Assembly: GCA_965248145.1 (NCBI GenBank)
Contig: OZ252091.1
Span: 3,425,291-3,489,290 of the forward strand
DNA length: 64,000 bases
Source: Gammaproteobacteria bacterium
GTDB taxonomy: Bacteria > Pseudomonadota > Gammaproteobacteria > Eutrophobiales > Eutrophobiaceae
Reading direction: 5' to 3'
A program made the position numbers and the translations under genes. Below, piece by piece: positions 40,533-50,152 of this stretch. How positions within the stretch are numbered: position 1 is the first letter of the stretch; every line of letters begins with the position of its first letter. Under the pieces are notes generated by a model. It ran no database searches. It had not been told where the DNA came from and worked only from the letters and a program-made list of their open reading frames with translations.

Positions 40533-42080
40533 ATGAGTAGTAAGCCACAGAAACCATTTTCAGGGCCAGTTATCATTTTTCAGGAGCGGCGCTTGCCTGA
40601 GAAGGCGAAGCCTGTCGGTTATGCCGCTATGATCGATGCCTACGATCTTGCTGTCCCTGTTCCCATTACGTTGAGTGCAATCGGCGCTCATCACCGCGTA
40701 TTGAAGAAAGGTGGCTGGCGTCTTCTCACTCCCCGTCACGAGCCACAGCCTACTCTTGAAGGTCATTTGGTCTTCGCCCTGAAATATGAGGGACTTGACC
40801 TTGCCGTTCTGAAGCAGCTTTTCCTCGCAGTCGGTCCGACGGCGATTGAGGCTATTATCAAGGCAAGCCCGACAGGAAGCTACACCCGGCGCATCTGGTT
40901 TTTGTATGAATGGCTGCTGGCTGAGGAACTGTCACTATCCGATGCCAATAGAGGCAGTTATGTGCCCGTAATCGATCCGAAGCTGCAATGGGCGACTGAA
41001 GGTACGACGGTATCCCGACAACGTGTCCGGGATAATATGCCCGGGACCCCGGAATTCTGTCCCCTGGTCTTCAAGACAGAGACACTCTGTGAATTTGTCG
41101 ACATGGACTTGAAGGGGCGCGCTCAGGACGTGGTAGCGGCTTTACCAAGGGACATTCTGGCGCGAACAGCGGCCTTCCTGCTGCTAAAAGACTCCAGGTC
41201 CAGTTATGTTATCGAAGGGGAAAACCCGCCTGAGGACCGTATCCAACGGTGGGGACGCGCCATTGGCGAGGCGGGTCGTCGGCCTGTTGACCTGGATGAG
41301 CTGTTTCGTTTGCAGAATATTGTCATTGGCGATAAGCGCTTCATTAACATGGGCCTGAGAAACGAAGGAGGTTTCATAGGTTCGCACGATCGGACAACGC
41401 GGATGCCGTTGCCTGTCCACATCAGTGCGAGACATGACGACCTTGCTTCCCTGATCGACGGACTCATTCGCTTTGACGAGGGGGCCGCCGGAACGCTTGA
41501 TCCGGTGATCGCCGCGTCGATCCTTGCTTTTGGGTTTGTGTATATCCATCCTTTTGAAGACGGGAATGGTCGTATTCATCGCTACCTGATCCACCATGTG
41601 CTGGATCAACGCGGGTTTAATCCCCCCGGTGTTATATTTCCGCTCTCGTCCGCCATTCTTGATGAAATCGACCAATACCGCACTGTTCTGGAAAGCTACT
41701 CGGAACGACTTTTGCCGTTAATTAAGTGGCAGTCAACATCCTCCGGCAATGTTGAGGTTCTAAACGATACGGCTGACTTCTATCGCTATTTCGATGCGAC
41801 CCCTCATGCCGAATTTCTGTTTGAATGCGTCAAGCGGACAATAGAAGAAGACTTGCCCCGGGAAGCCGATTATCTGAAGCGATTTGATGCCGCGCTGGCA
41901 GCCGTGATAAACCGGGTCGAGATGCCGGACCGACTGGCGCAAAACCTGATTATGTTTATCCGTCAAAATGAGGGCGAGCTATCAAAAAGGCGCCGAGACA
42001 GAGAATTTAAAGCACTGACAGATGATGAGGTCACGGACCTGGAGGCGCTCATCAATGAGGCCTTTCATGGTCTCGCGTGA
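40533..42080 (+). CDS. Fic family protein (long)
   Basis: HPFEDGNGRIHR Fic motif. Confidence 0.9.
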   Translation: MSSKPQKPFSGPVIIFQERRLPEKAKPVGYAAMIDAYDLAVPVPITLSAIGAHHRVLKKGGWRLLTPRHEPQPTLEGHLVFALKYEGLDLAVLKQLFLAVGPTAIEAIIKASPTGSYTRRIWFLYEWLLAEELSLSDANRGSYVPVIDPKLQWATEGTTVSRQRVRDNMPGTPEFCPLVFKTETLCEFVDMDLKGRAQDVVAALPRDILARTAAFLLLKDSRSSYVIEGENPPEDRIQRWGRAIGEAGRRPVDLDELFRLQNIVIGDKRFINMGLRNEGGFIGSHDRTTRMPLPVHISARHDDLASLIDGLIRFDEGAAGTLDPVIAASILAFGFVYIHPFEDGNGRIHRYLIHHVLDQRGFNPPGVIFPLSSAILDEIDQYRTVLESYSERLLPLIKWQSTSSGNVEVLNDTADFYRYFDATPHAEFLFECVKRTIEEDLPREADYLKRFDAALAAVINRVEMPDRLAQNLIMFIRQNEGELSKRRRDREFKALTDDEVTDLEALINEAFHGLA

Positions 42081-42159
42081 CGAGCATTCGGCAATGGATT
42101 CGAACCGGAACCCACACCCTCCAAGAGAGTAACAACTGACTATCTGGCCGTTCACGTTT

Positions 42160-43692
42160 TCATGCGACCTGCTTCAGTGACCACTGCACTCGCTCTGCGA
42201 TAAACCGCGCGAAAGGTTTGATGTCTGTATCAACGCTCGCCGATTCCAGGGCCGCCATATAGACGTCGCGGTCTTCAACCCGAATTACGGTCCAGGGATA
42301 GCCGCCTGAAGCAAGCATCGCGTTCATGAGAAAGCGGGCCATGCGGCCGTTACCGTCCGGGTAAGGATGGATATAACCGAAAAGCCAGTGCCCGAGAACA
42401 GCACGAACGGAAGGTTCCGGCTCCTTTTCAAGCAAGCCGAATAAGGCCGGCATGGCGTCACGTACGGCCTCTCTCCTGGGCGGCACATGTCGCGAACCCC
42501 GCAGGTAAACCGCATCATCACGGTAACCGGCCAGTGCCGAGACGGGAATCAAGCCGGCGGCAGCACAAGGCTGAAACAATTCCCGGTACCAATCACGGTG
42601 CGCGGCGCGAACGAGGGTTCCAGGCTCATCGCCACCGATGGCCTTGGCGACCGTTTCTTTCACAAGCTGGAAGGCTTGCCAGTAACCCCGAGCAGCGAGA
42701 GCATCGCGGTTATCGCGATCATCATGATCGGAGTCCCATTCACCGGCCTTCACCCGCTCAATGAGTTCAGGGGTGACACGGTAACCCTCGATTGACAATG
42801 AGTGATAGGCATCGCTCTTGTAAATTTCGTCAACGAGGAGGAGATAGGCGTTGCGATTACGGGGTAGCCCCGGCGCGTACGGAAATATTTCCAGGACGGG
42901 CGAACGGAAAACCTCCCACAGCGCCTGTAACCGCCCAACAATAGGAGCGGTGGTCGAGGCAGCAGCGCCGAAGGTATGTTGCGGCGTAAACGGGTCTGAT
43001 TCACGGACATCATAGCCGGCTGCTTTCATTGTGGAGAAAATTTCATCGGCCACGTCGGCCCGGTCGATGTGACGAAATGCGCCAACAAGTCGACCGGCAA
43101 CCGCCGAGTGACCACCACCAAGAAGTGGCCGTAGAATATCGGAAGCATCGAGAACACCGGCCAGAGCAACCTGCGCCTCGATCGGGCAGTAGGTAAAAAA
43201 CGCCTCAGGCACCTTAATCAACGCTGCTTCCAGGGCAAACAGCCGCAAACCGTTGGAAACAACCAGATCAGACCTGGAAGGCATTTGCTTCTGTTTGAGG
43301 TCATAGAGGGAGGTACCGAAAAGTAACTTCACGGTGTTGTTCGTCCCTTTTGGCGTATTAATAATGACTTGTTGCGGAATCACTGTGTTCTCCGCATATA
43401 CCAAGAGTGACTGTTCCGCTGACAGGTACCAGTCAGCGCCAAACCGGTCTTCACAATAATCGGCGCAAAACTCCCAAAATGAGGCATACCAGGGTGTGGT
43501 GTCACCGGGGTCAGTACCGGGACTGGAAGAGATTAGCCATCCTCTGATAACATTCTTGAGAAACCCCAGCCGAATCAGACGCTCACGATGAACACGCGTA
43601 AGATCATGGGAGTGGAAGACCCGTTTCCCGTTTTTTTGAAGTTTGTATAACTCGGCCAGCGATTTCGCCAGTTTTTCGTTTGGTGTCGCCAT
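42160..43692 (-). CDS. Fic family protein (long, with N-terminal extension)
   Basis: HPYPDGNGRMAR Fic motif; start at MATPNEK behind a GGAGAG RBS. Confidence 0.9.
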   Translation of the reverse strand: MATPNEKLAKSLAELYKLQKNGKRVFHSHDLTRVHRERLIRLGFLKNVIRGWLISSSPGTDPGDTTPWYASFWEFCADYCEDRFGADWYLSAEQSLLVYAENTVIPQQVIINTPKGTNNTVKLLFGTSLYDLKQKQMPSRSDLVVSNGLRLFALEAALIKVPEAFFTYCPIEAQVALAGVLDASDILRPLLGGGHSAVAGRLVGAFRHIDRADVADEIFSTMKAAGYDVRESDPFTPQHTFGAAASTTAPIVGRLQALWEVFRSPVLEIFPYAPGLPRNRNAYLLLVDEIYKSDAYHSLSIEGYRVTPELIERVKAGEWDSDHDDRDNRDALAARGYWQAFQLVKETVAKAIGGDEPGTLVRAAHRDWYRELFQPCAAAGLIPVSALAGYRDDAVYLRGSRHVPPRREAVRDAMPALFGLLEKEPEPSVRAVLGHWLFGYIHPYPDGNGRMARFLMNAMLASGGYPWTVIRVEDRDVYMAALESASVDTDIKPFARFIAERVQWSLKQVA

Positions 43693-43718
43693 TTCATCTC
43701 TCTCCACATCGTAAAGAT

Positions 43719-43820
43719 ACAAGTTTTAAATGTTGCGCAAATACAAGTATATAATGTTATTCAATGACAAGTCAATAACGCCGTGTGAGAACAAGTTTTT
43801 AGTGATGTTTTATGACAAGT
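43719..43820 (-). promoter_or_regulatory. Five ACAAGT boxes at exact 24-bp spacing, overlapping a predicted promoter
   Basis: Boxes at 43719, 43743, 43767, 43791, 43815; TTGACT-18-TATACT on the minus strand at 43775-43746. Confidence 0.7.
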
Positions 43821-44047
43821 CCGAGGCCGGCATACAAGAAAAATGTGCGAGGAATCGAAGAGGAAAGCCCCGGCGAAAAAAGTGCCAGGGAATTTGGAAC
43901 GGCTATCGTTCGGTTTCATGGTAAATTCCTGTAAAATACATTTATGGATGTCCTATTAACTTCAGTCCCGTTAACTTTCATGGATGTCTTATTGACTCTT
44001 GCCATGACCTTTTATCTTCCCGGCGCCGGAGACCCCGGGTATGAACG

Positions 44048-45541
44048 ATGACTTCCTCGCCTGACTGTGACGTGCTGGTTATCGGCGCCGGCAACGCTGC
44101 TTTTGCCGCGGCCCATGCGGCCCGGGAGCATGGCGCAAAAGTGGTGATGCTGGAGTGCTCGACGGAGGACGAAGCCGGGGGCAACAGCCGGTTTACCGCC
44201 GGCGCTATTCGTGTCGTCTATGACGGTGTGGAAGACCTCAAGAACTTTATGCCCGATCTCAGTGAAGAAGAGTTGGCAAATACGGATTTTGGTAGTTATA
44301 CCGAAGACCAGTTCTTTGATGACATGGGCCGGATGACCGATTACCGGACTGAGCCTGACCTGTGTGAGTTGCTGGTGCGTAACAGCCGCACCACGTTGTT
44401 ATGGATGCGCGCCAAGGGCATCCGCTTCACACCGATTTACGGTCGCCAGGCCTTCAAGGTTAATGGAAAATTCAAATTTTGGGGCGGTCTCACCGTAGAA
44501 GCCTGGGGCGGCGGCCCCGGTCTCATAGAGGCTTGGACAACGTCCGCAAACAAAGCAGGGATTGACATCCGCTATAACACGCGAGCCATGGAATTATTAC
44601 ACAAAGACGGACAGGTACACGGCGCACTTATACGCCACAATGGTCAGACAAACACAATTACAGCTCGCAGCATTGTTCTTGCCAGCGGCGGGTTCGAGGC
44701 CAATAGCGAATGGCGCACACGTTATCTGGGCCCCGGTTGGGACCTGGCCAAGGTCAGTGGCAGTCGTTACAACATGGGTGACGGCATACGCATGGCCCTG
44801 GATATCGGCGCCTCCCCGGCGGGCAACTGGTCCGGTTGCCACGCGGTGGGCTGGGACCGGAACGCGCCGGAATTCGGCGACCTCGCGGTAGGTGACGGCT
44901 TCCAGAAACACAGCTATCCGTTTGGCATCATGATCAATGCCAGGGGGGAGCGTTTCGTCGATGAAGGCGCGGATTTCCGTAACTACACTTATGCAAAATA
45001 CGGCCGCGTCATCCTGGAGCAGCCGGGTAATTTCGCCTACCAGGTATTTGACGGCAAAGTCCTGCACCTGTTGCGGGACGAATATCGGATTAAACAGGTT
45101 ACCAAGGCCGTTGCCGACACGCTGGAGGATCTGGTCGAACAGCTCGATGGTGTGGATGCCGGCCGCGCCCTGGCCCATATCAGGGGCTATAACGAGGCGG
45201 TGCAAACCGGGGTCACCTTTAACCCCAACATCAAGGACGGCCGGGGGACGGACGGCCTTGATGTCCCGAAGGCCAACTGGGCCAACACCATTGATACTCC
45301 GCCATTCCATGCTTACGGCGTTACCTGCGGCGTGACCTTTACCTTCGGCGGTCTGCGTATCGATACCGGCGCCAGGGTGCTGAATACGGATTATCAACCC
45401 ATACCGGGACTGTACGCGGCCGGTGAACTGGTTGGCGGACTGTTTTATTTCAATTATCCCGGCGGAACGGGGCTGATGTCCGGGGCAGTATTCGGTAAAA
45501 TCGCCGGTGATTGTGCTGCCCGCCAATCACTGGAAAGCTAA
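44048..45541 (+). CDS. tcuA: FAD-dependent tricarballylate dehydrogenase-like protein
   Basis: GAGNAA, AGGNSRFT, GGFEAN, TFTFGGL, NYPGGTGL. Confidence 0.8.
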   Translation: MTSSPDCDVLVIGAGNAAFAAAHAAREHGAKVVMLECSTEDEAGGNSRFTAGAIRVVYDGVEDLKNFMPDLSEEELANTDFGSYTEDQFFDDMGRMTDYRTEPDLCELLVRNSRTTLLWMRAKGIRFTPIYGRQAFKVNGKFKFWGGLTVEAWGGGPGLIEAWTTSANKAGIDIRYNTRAMELLHKDGQVHGALIRHNGQTNTITARSIVLASGGFEANSEWRTRYLGPGWDLAKVSGSRYNMGDGIRMALDIGASPAGNWSGCHAVGWDRNAPEFGDLAVGDGFQKHSYPFGIMINARGERFVDEGADFRNYTYAKYGRVILEQPGNFAYQVFDGKVLHLLRDEYRIKQVTKAVADTLEDLVEQLDGVDAGRALAHIRGYNEAVQTGVTFNPNIKDGRGTDGLDVPKANWANTIDTPPFHAYGVTCGVTFTFGGLRIDTGARVLNTDYQPIPGLYAAGELVGGLFYFNYPGGTGLMSGAVFGKIAGDCAARQSLES

Positions 45542-45544
45542 ATC

Positions 45545-45631
45545 GATATTTGGGGTCAGAGTAAAAATACTCGGCAATAAATCAGCGCCACCTACCAAAA
45601 TGACAGTATTTTTACTCTGACCCCAAATATC
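45545..45631. repeat. REP/REPIN-like element copy 5
   Basis: Perfect 26-bp arms, 3 bp after the tcuA stop. Confidence 0.9.
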
Positions 45632-45653
45632 TGAACCGATACTGGAGAGTTAA

Positions 45654-46280
45654 ATGAGTAATCATCTGGAACAGACAGTGTATGAGCGCCAGGGCTTCGG
45701 CCAGGGGCTTGAATTATTGCCGCCCGCCGGCCTGTTGATAGTGGATTTCATTAACGGTTTCGCCGACCCGGCGGTATTCGGTGGAGGGAATATCCGGCCC
45801 GCCATTGAGAAGACCCGGAAATTGCTGGCGCTGGCCCGCGAGCGGGGCTGGCTGGTCAGCTATACCCGTGTCGTCTACTCGAACGACAGTTCCGATGCGA
45901 ACGTGTTTACCGACAAGGTGCCGGGTTGCCTGGAATTTACTGAAACGTCGGACCTGAGTCAGGTAGTCCCGGAGCTGCCCCCTGCCTCCGGTGACCTGAT
46001 CATACGCAAGCAATTCCCTTCCGCGTTTTTCGGGACGCACCTGGCTTCATCCCTGGCAATGAATGGTATCAAGACCTTATTTATCACCGGCGCTACCACC
46101 AGCGGTTGTGTGCGCGCCTCGGCTGTTGATGCCATGTGTCACGGTTTCAAACCCGTCATCGTGGAAGATTGCGTGGGAGACCGTTCCGTTACGCAACACG
46201 AAGCCAACCTGTTTGACCTGAAAATGAAATACGCAGAGGTCATGCAGTTGCACGAAGTTGAAGCGTTGACCACACTTTAA
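45654..46280 (+). CDS. Isochorismatase family amidohydrolase (maleamate amidohydrolase-like)
   Basis: Y.RQGFG, VD, K..PSAFFGT, GATTSGCVRAS. Confidence 0.85.
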   Translation: MSNHLEQTVYERQGFGQGLELLPPAGLLIVDFINGFADPAVFGGGNIRPAIEKTRKLLALARERGWLVSYTRVVYSNDSSDANVFTDKVPGCLEFTETSDLSQVVPELPPASGDLIIRKQFPSAFFGTHLASSLAMNGIKTLFITGATTSGCVRASAVDAMCHGFKPVIVEDCVGDRSVTQHEANLFDLKMKYAEVMQLHEVEALTTL

Positions 46281-46293
46281 AATGTAAACGCGA

Positions 46294-48699
46294 ATGATTC
46301 ACAACAATGTCCTGGGCACCTCAGTTCGCCGGCTTGAGGACCGCGGGCTGTTAACGGGCAGCGCCCGGTTCATTGACGACCTGCAACTGTCCGGAACCCT
46401 GTCCGCCGCCTTTGTACGCAGTCCTTACGCTCATGCGCTGGTCAATGGAATCGATACGGAAGCAGCCTCACAGGCGCCGGAGGTAGTAGCCGTGTTTACC
46501 TTGTCCGACCTGGCGCCCTGGCTTACCGACACGAGACTGGCTGCGGGTCTGCCCAGCGGGAGTTTTCGTCTCAAGGTCAATCCCGCAGTATTGGCCGGAG
46601 ATGAAGTGGTTTACGTGGGCGAACCCGTCGCGGTGGTGATTGCCGCTTCCCGTTACGCTGCCGAAGATGCGGCCGACCTGGTGGAAGTGGACTACGAACC
46701 CCTGGACGCGGTGGCCGATTGCCGCCTCGCCTTAAACGCCGGCAGCCCTGTCGTCCACGAGAAACTCTCCCACAACCTGGTGGCCCAGTTCGATTTTGAT
46801 TACGGTAACGTGGACGAGGCGTTCAAGTGCGCAGACCTCGTTATCGAGGAATCATTCCGGCTGCATCGGGGCGGTGCGCACTCCATTGAAGGCCGGGGTG
46901 TCGTCGCTCGCTACGACCCGGTGGCAGACCACCTGACCCTGTGGACCTCGACGCAACGCCCCCACGGGGTAAAACGTGTACTCTGCGACCTGCTTGGACG
47001 CAATGATGAGACCGTGCGCGTGGTCGCGCCCCAGGTCGGTGGCGGTTTCGGACCAAAGCTGGTGTGCTACCCGGAGGAGGTGGTGATCGCCTTGTCCGCG
47101 ACACGCCTGCAACAACCGGTGAAATGGATACAGGATCGTTACGAGTATTTTCTCAGCACCACTCAGGAACGGGACCAGTACTGGGATGTCGAAATTGCGG
47201 TGGATAACGATGCCGCAATCAAAGCCGTGCGCGGCGCGCTGTTGCATGATCATGGCGCCTATACGGCCCGGGGCCTGAATGTCCCTTATGCCTCGGGGAT
47301 CGCGCTGCCCCTGGCCTACAATATCCCGGCCTATCACCTCGATGTATATGCGGTGCTGACAAACAAGGTCCCCGTCACGCCGGTGCGGGGCGCCGGTCAG
47401 CCCCAGGGGGTATTCGTCATGGAACGGCTGCTGGATCGCGTGGCCGCCGGCTTGTCAATGGACCGGGCCGAGGTGCGCCGTCGCAATCTCGTCAGGCAGG
47501 AACAGATGCCCTGCCGGAAATTCATCAGGTTACGGGGTGATACTGAAGTTATCCTGGACAGTGGCGATTATCCGGCAACCCAGGCACTCGCGCTGAAACA
47601 CGCCGACTGGGATTCATTCGGGCAACGACAGCAATCGGCCCGGGAACAGGGCCGGAATATCGGCATCGGCCTGGCGAATTTTGTCGAGGGAACCGGTCGC
47701 GGACCTTATGAAACGGTTACGGTACGCATTAATCCTTCCGGAAATGTTCTCGTGGCAACCGGAGCAACGGCCATGGGCCAGAGCACACAAACCATGCTGG
47801 CGCAGGTGGTTGCCGAACGACTTGGCGGCGACCCGTCATTGATTTCCGTCACCTGCGGCGATACGGACGCCACGGCCCTGGGCTTCGGCGGTTTCAACAG
47901 CCGCCAGACCGTCATCGCCGGCGCCTCGGCTCATGCCGCCGCCGGGGCCGTAAGAAACAAGGTGCTCAGGCTGGCGAGCCGTCTCCTGGAAGCGGCGGAA
48001 CGAGACCTGGAAATCAACGGTCAAAACGTGTTTGTAAAGGATACGCGGGACCGGAAACTGACGTTTTCGGAACTGGCGCGGGCCGCGTCCGGCCTGCCGG
48101 GCTTCAAGTTGCCCGTGGCTGATACGGAACCGGGCCTGGAAGCCACGGAGAGCGTGATTATTGATGACATGGTTTATTCAAACGGGTCGGCCGTGGCGGA
48201 GGTGGAGGTTGATATCGACACCGGGCAGGTGACTATCCTGCGCTTTTTAATCGCTCACGATTGCGGTCGCAGGATCAATCCCATGCTGGTTGATGGGCAG
48301 ATCACCGGCGCTATTGCTCACGGCATAGGCAATGCGTTGTTTGAATGGATGGGTTTTGACGAAAACGCGCAGCCCGTTACCACCACCTTTGCCGACTATC
48401 TTCTGGTATCGGCCGATAAAATGCCCAAAACCCGGTTGTTCCATCTTGAATCGAACTCCCCGTTTAATGAACTGGGCGTCAAGGGAGTGGGAGAGGCCGG
48501 TTGCATCCCGACTCCTGCCGCCATTGTTGCCGCGATCGAGGATGCGCTCACGCCCTTTGGCATGAAGATCAACCAGGTCCCGCTGACCCCGGCCGTACTC
48601 TGGGGCCTGATTCAATCCGCGTCGAAGAACACGGCGCCCGAACACTGGCGTTCAGCAGACATCGATAAAAACGCGTATAAACGGGAAGAATTGCAGTAA
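46294..48699 (+). CDS. Xanthine dehydrogenase-family molybdopterin subunit (CoxL-like)
   Basis: VGGGFGPK, PVRGAGQP, GQ, KGVGE. Confidence 0.9.
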   Translation: MIHNNVLGTSVRRLEDRGLLTGSARFIDDLQLSGTLSAAFVRSPYAHALVNGIDTEAASQAPEVVAVFTLSDLAPWLTDTRLAAGLPSGSFRLKVNPAVLAGDEVVYVGEPVAVVIAASRYAAEDAADLVEVDYEPLDAVADCRLALNAGSPVVHEKLSHNLVAQFDFDYGNVDEAFKCADLVIEESFRLHRGGAHSIEGRGVVARYDPVADHLTLWTSTQRPHGVKRVLCDLLGRNDETVRVVAPQVGGGFGPKLVCYPEEVVIALSATRLQQPVKWIQDRYEYFLSTTQERDQYWDVEIAVDNDAAIKAVRGALLHDHGAYTARGLNVPYASGIALPLAYNIPAYHLDVYAVLTNKVPVTPVRGAGQPQGVFVMERLLDRVAAGLSMDRAEVRRRNLVRQEQMPCRKFIRLRGDTEVILDSGDYPATQALALKHADWDSFGQRQQSAREQGRNIGIGLANFVEGTGRGPYETVTVRINPSGNVLVATGATAMGQSTQTMLAQVVAERLGGDPSLISVTCGDTDATALGFGGFNSRQTVIAGASAHAAAGAVRNKVLRLASRLLEAAERDLEINGQNVFVKDTRDRKLTFSELARAASGLPGFKLPVADTEPGLEATESVIIDDMVYSNGSAVAEVEVDIDTGQVTILRFLIAHDCGRRINPMLVDGQITGAIAHGIGNALFEWMGFDENAQPVTTTFADYLLVSADKMPKTRLFHLESNSPFNELGVKGVGEAGCIPTPAAIVAAIEDALTPFGMKINQVPLTPAVLWGLIQSASKNTAPEHWRSADIDKNAYKREELQ

Positions 48700-48708
48700 G
48701 CATAAGCC

Positions 48709-49581
48709 ATGAAACCAGCCCCATTCACCTATCATCGCCCCGTTACTCTGGAAGAGGCCCTGACTATTCTCTCGCAGGTCGCCGGGGAAGACGGCCGCAT
48801 CATCGCCGGGGGGCAAAGCCTGGTTCCCATGATGGCATTGCGACTCGCCCTGCCCGCCCACCTGGTGGACATCAATGAGATTGCCTCCCTGCAAGGGGTC
48901 GGGATAGATCAAGAGACCCTGGTGATTCACGCCCTGGCCAGACATGCCGATTTTCACCAACCCGCAGACTCCGGGCCACTCGGGCGACTGCTGGCGACAG
49001 TGGCAAATAACATTGCTCACTATCCGATACGCCAACGGGGTACCTTCTGCGGCAGTCTTGCCCACGCCGACCCTGCGTCCGAGTGGTGCCTGACAGCCAT
49101 CACCCTGGGCGGAACCGTCATAGCCCAAAGTCGGGACGGTGTCCGGGAAATTCCGGCGGACAATTTCATCGAAGGCGCCATGACAACAACGCTTGAGCCT
49201 GAGGAAATGATTACCGCCGTGCACCTGCCCGCATCTGAACGCGCCGGACGCTTCGGGTTTTATGAATTCAACCGTCGCGCGGGCGACTTTGCCCTGGCGA
49301 TGTGCCTGGTTACGTTTACATTGGAAGAAGGAAGGATGGCGGAAGTCCGCCTGGGTCTTGGCGGCGCAGAGGACACGCCACGGCGGCTGACGGAGGTAGA
49401 GGAAGTACTCCATAATAACCGGCTGACGGAGGAGAGCATAAAGGCGGCGTCTGAACTTGCCGCCGCCATGGTCACGCCGCTTGAAGATGCGCAGACACCG
49501 GCGGATTATCGACGCCATATCGTTAAAACCGTCGTGAGACGCGCGCTTGAAGCAGCACGGGATTCAGATAATGAACGCTAA
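48709..49581 (+). CDS. Mo-hydroxylase FAD subunit (CoxM-like)
   Basis: MKPAPF.Y, AGGQSLVP, IAH..IR..GT..GS..HADP. Confidence 0.9.
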   Translation: MKPAPFTYHRPVTLEEALTILSQVAGEDGRIIAGGQSLVPMMALRLALPAHLVDINEIASLQGVGIDQETLVIHALARHADFHQPADSGPLGRLLATVANNIAHYPIRQRGTFCGSLAHADPASEWCLTAITLGGTVIAQSRDGVREIPADNFIEGAMTTTLEPEEMITAVHLPASERAGRFGFYEFNRRAGDFALAMCLVTFTLEEGRMAEVRLGLGGAEDTPRRLTEVEEVLHNNRLTEESIKAASELAAAMVTPLEDAQTPADYRRHIVKTVVRRALEAARDSDNER

Positions 49582-50047
49582 ACTCCCTGTCAGGCTGAAT
49601 GTCAATTCAAGGGATTACCATGTTAACGTGGAGCCGCGGCAGACGCTGGCAGATGTAATCCGCGAGGAGTGCGGCCTGACCGGTACTCACGTCGGCTGTG
49701 AACACGGGGTATGCGGCAGCTGCACCATCATCGTTGACCATGTGCCGGTAAGGGCCTGCCTGATGTTCGCCGTGCAGGCAGAAGGGAAGAAAATCAGGAC
49801 CATCGAAGACCTGGCTGACGGCGACACACTGCACCCGATCCAGCATGCCTTCAGCGACAACCACGCCCTGCAATGCGGTTTTTGCACTCCCGGGTTCATC
49901 ATGCTGATTGCCGCAACGCTGGAACATAATCCCACACCGACCGATGAGGAGATCACCGGGATGCTCTCGGCCAACCTGTGCCGGTGTACCGGATATCAAA
50001 ATATTTTCAACGCGGTAAAACAAATCGTGAGAGAATCAAACCGGTGA
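49571..50047 (+). CDS. Mo-hydroxylase 2Fe-2S subunit (CoxS-like)
   Basis: GCEHGVCGSCT, QCGFCTPG, NLCRCTGY. Confidence 0.92.
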   Translation: MNAKLPVRLNVNSRDYHVNVEPRQTLADVIREECGLTGTHVGCEHGVCGSCTIIVDHVPVRACLMFAVQAEGKKIRTIEDLADGDTLHPIQHAFSDNHALQCGFCTPGFIMLIAATLEHNPTPTDEEITGMLSANLCRCTGYQNIFNAVKQIVRESNR

Positions 50048-50152
50048 TCCCGGCCACAGAGTTAAAGAACCGATTTCTCTGTGTCCCCTGTGGCAAAAAC
50101 AAACGGCTGAGGATCCGAAAATACGCAGAATAATGAGGAAGAATACACATCA

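Noticed and set aside
43945-43995. ATGGATGTC(C/T)TATT direct repeat as a regulator site for tcuA
   Set aside because: Only two copies and no adjacent regulator, so support is insufficient
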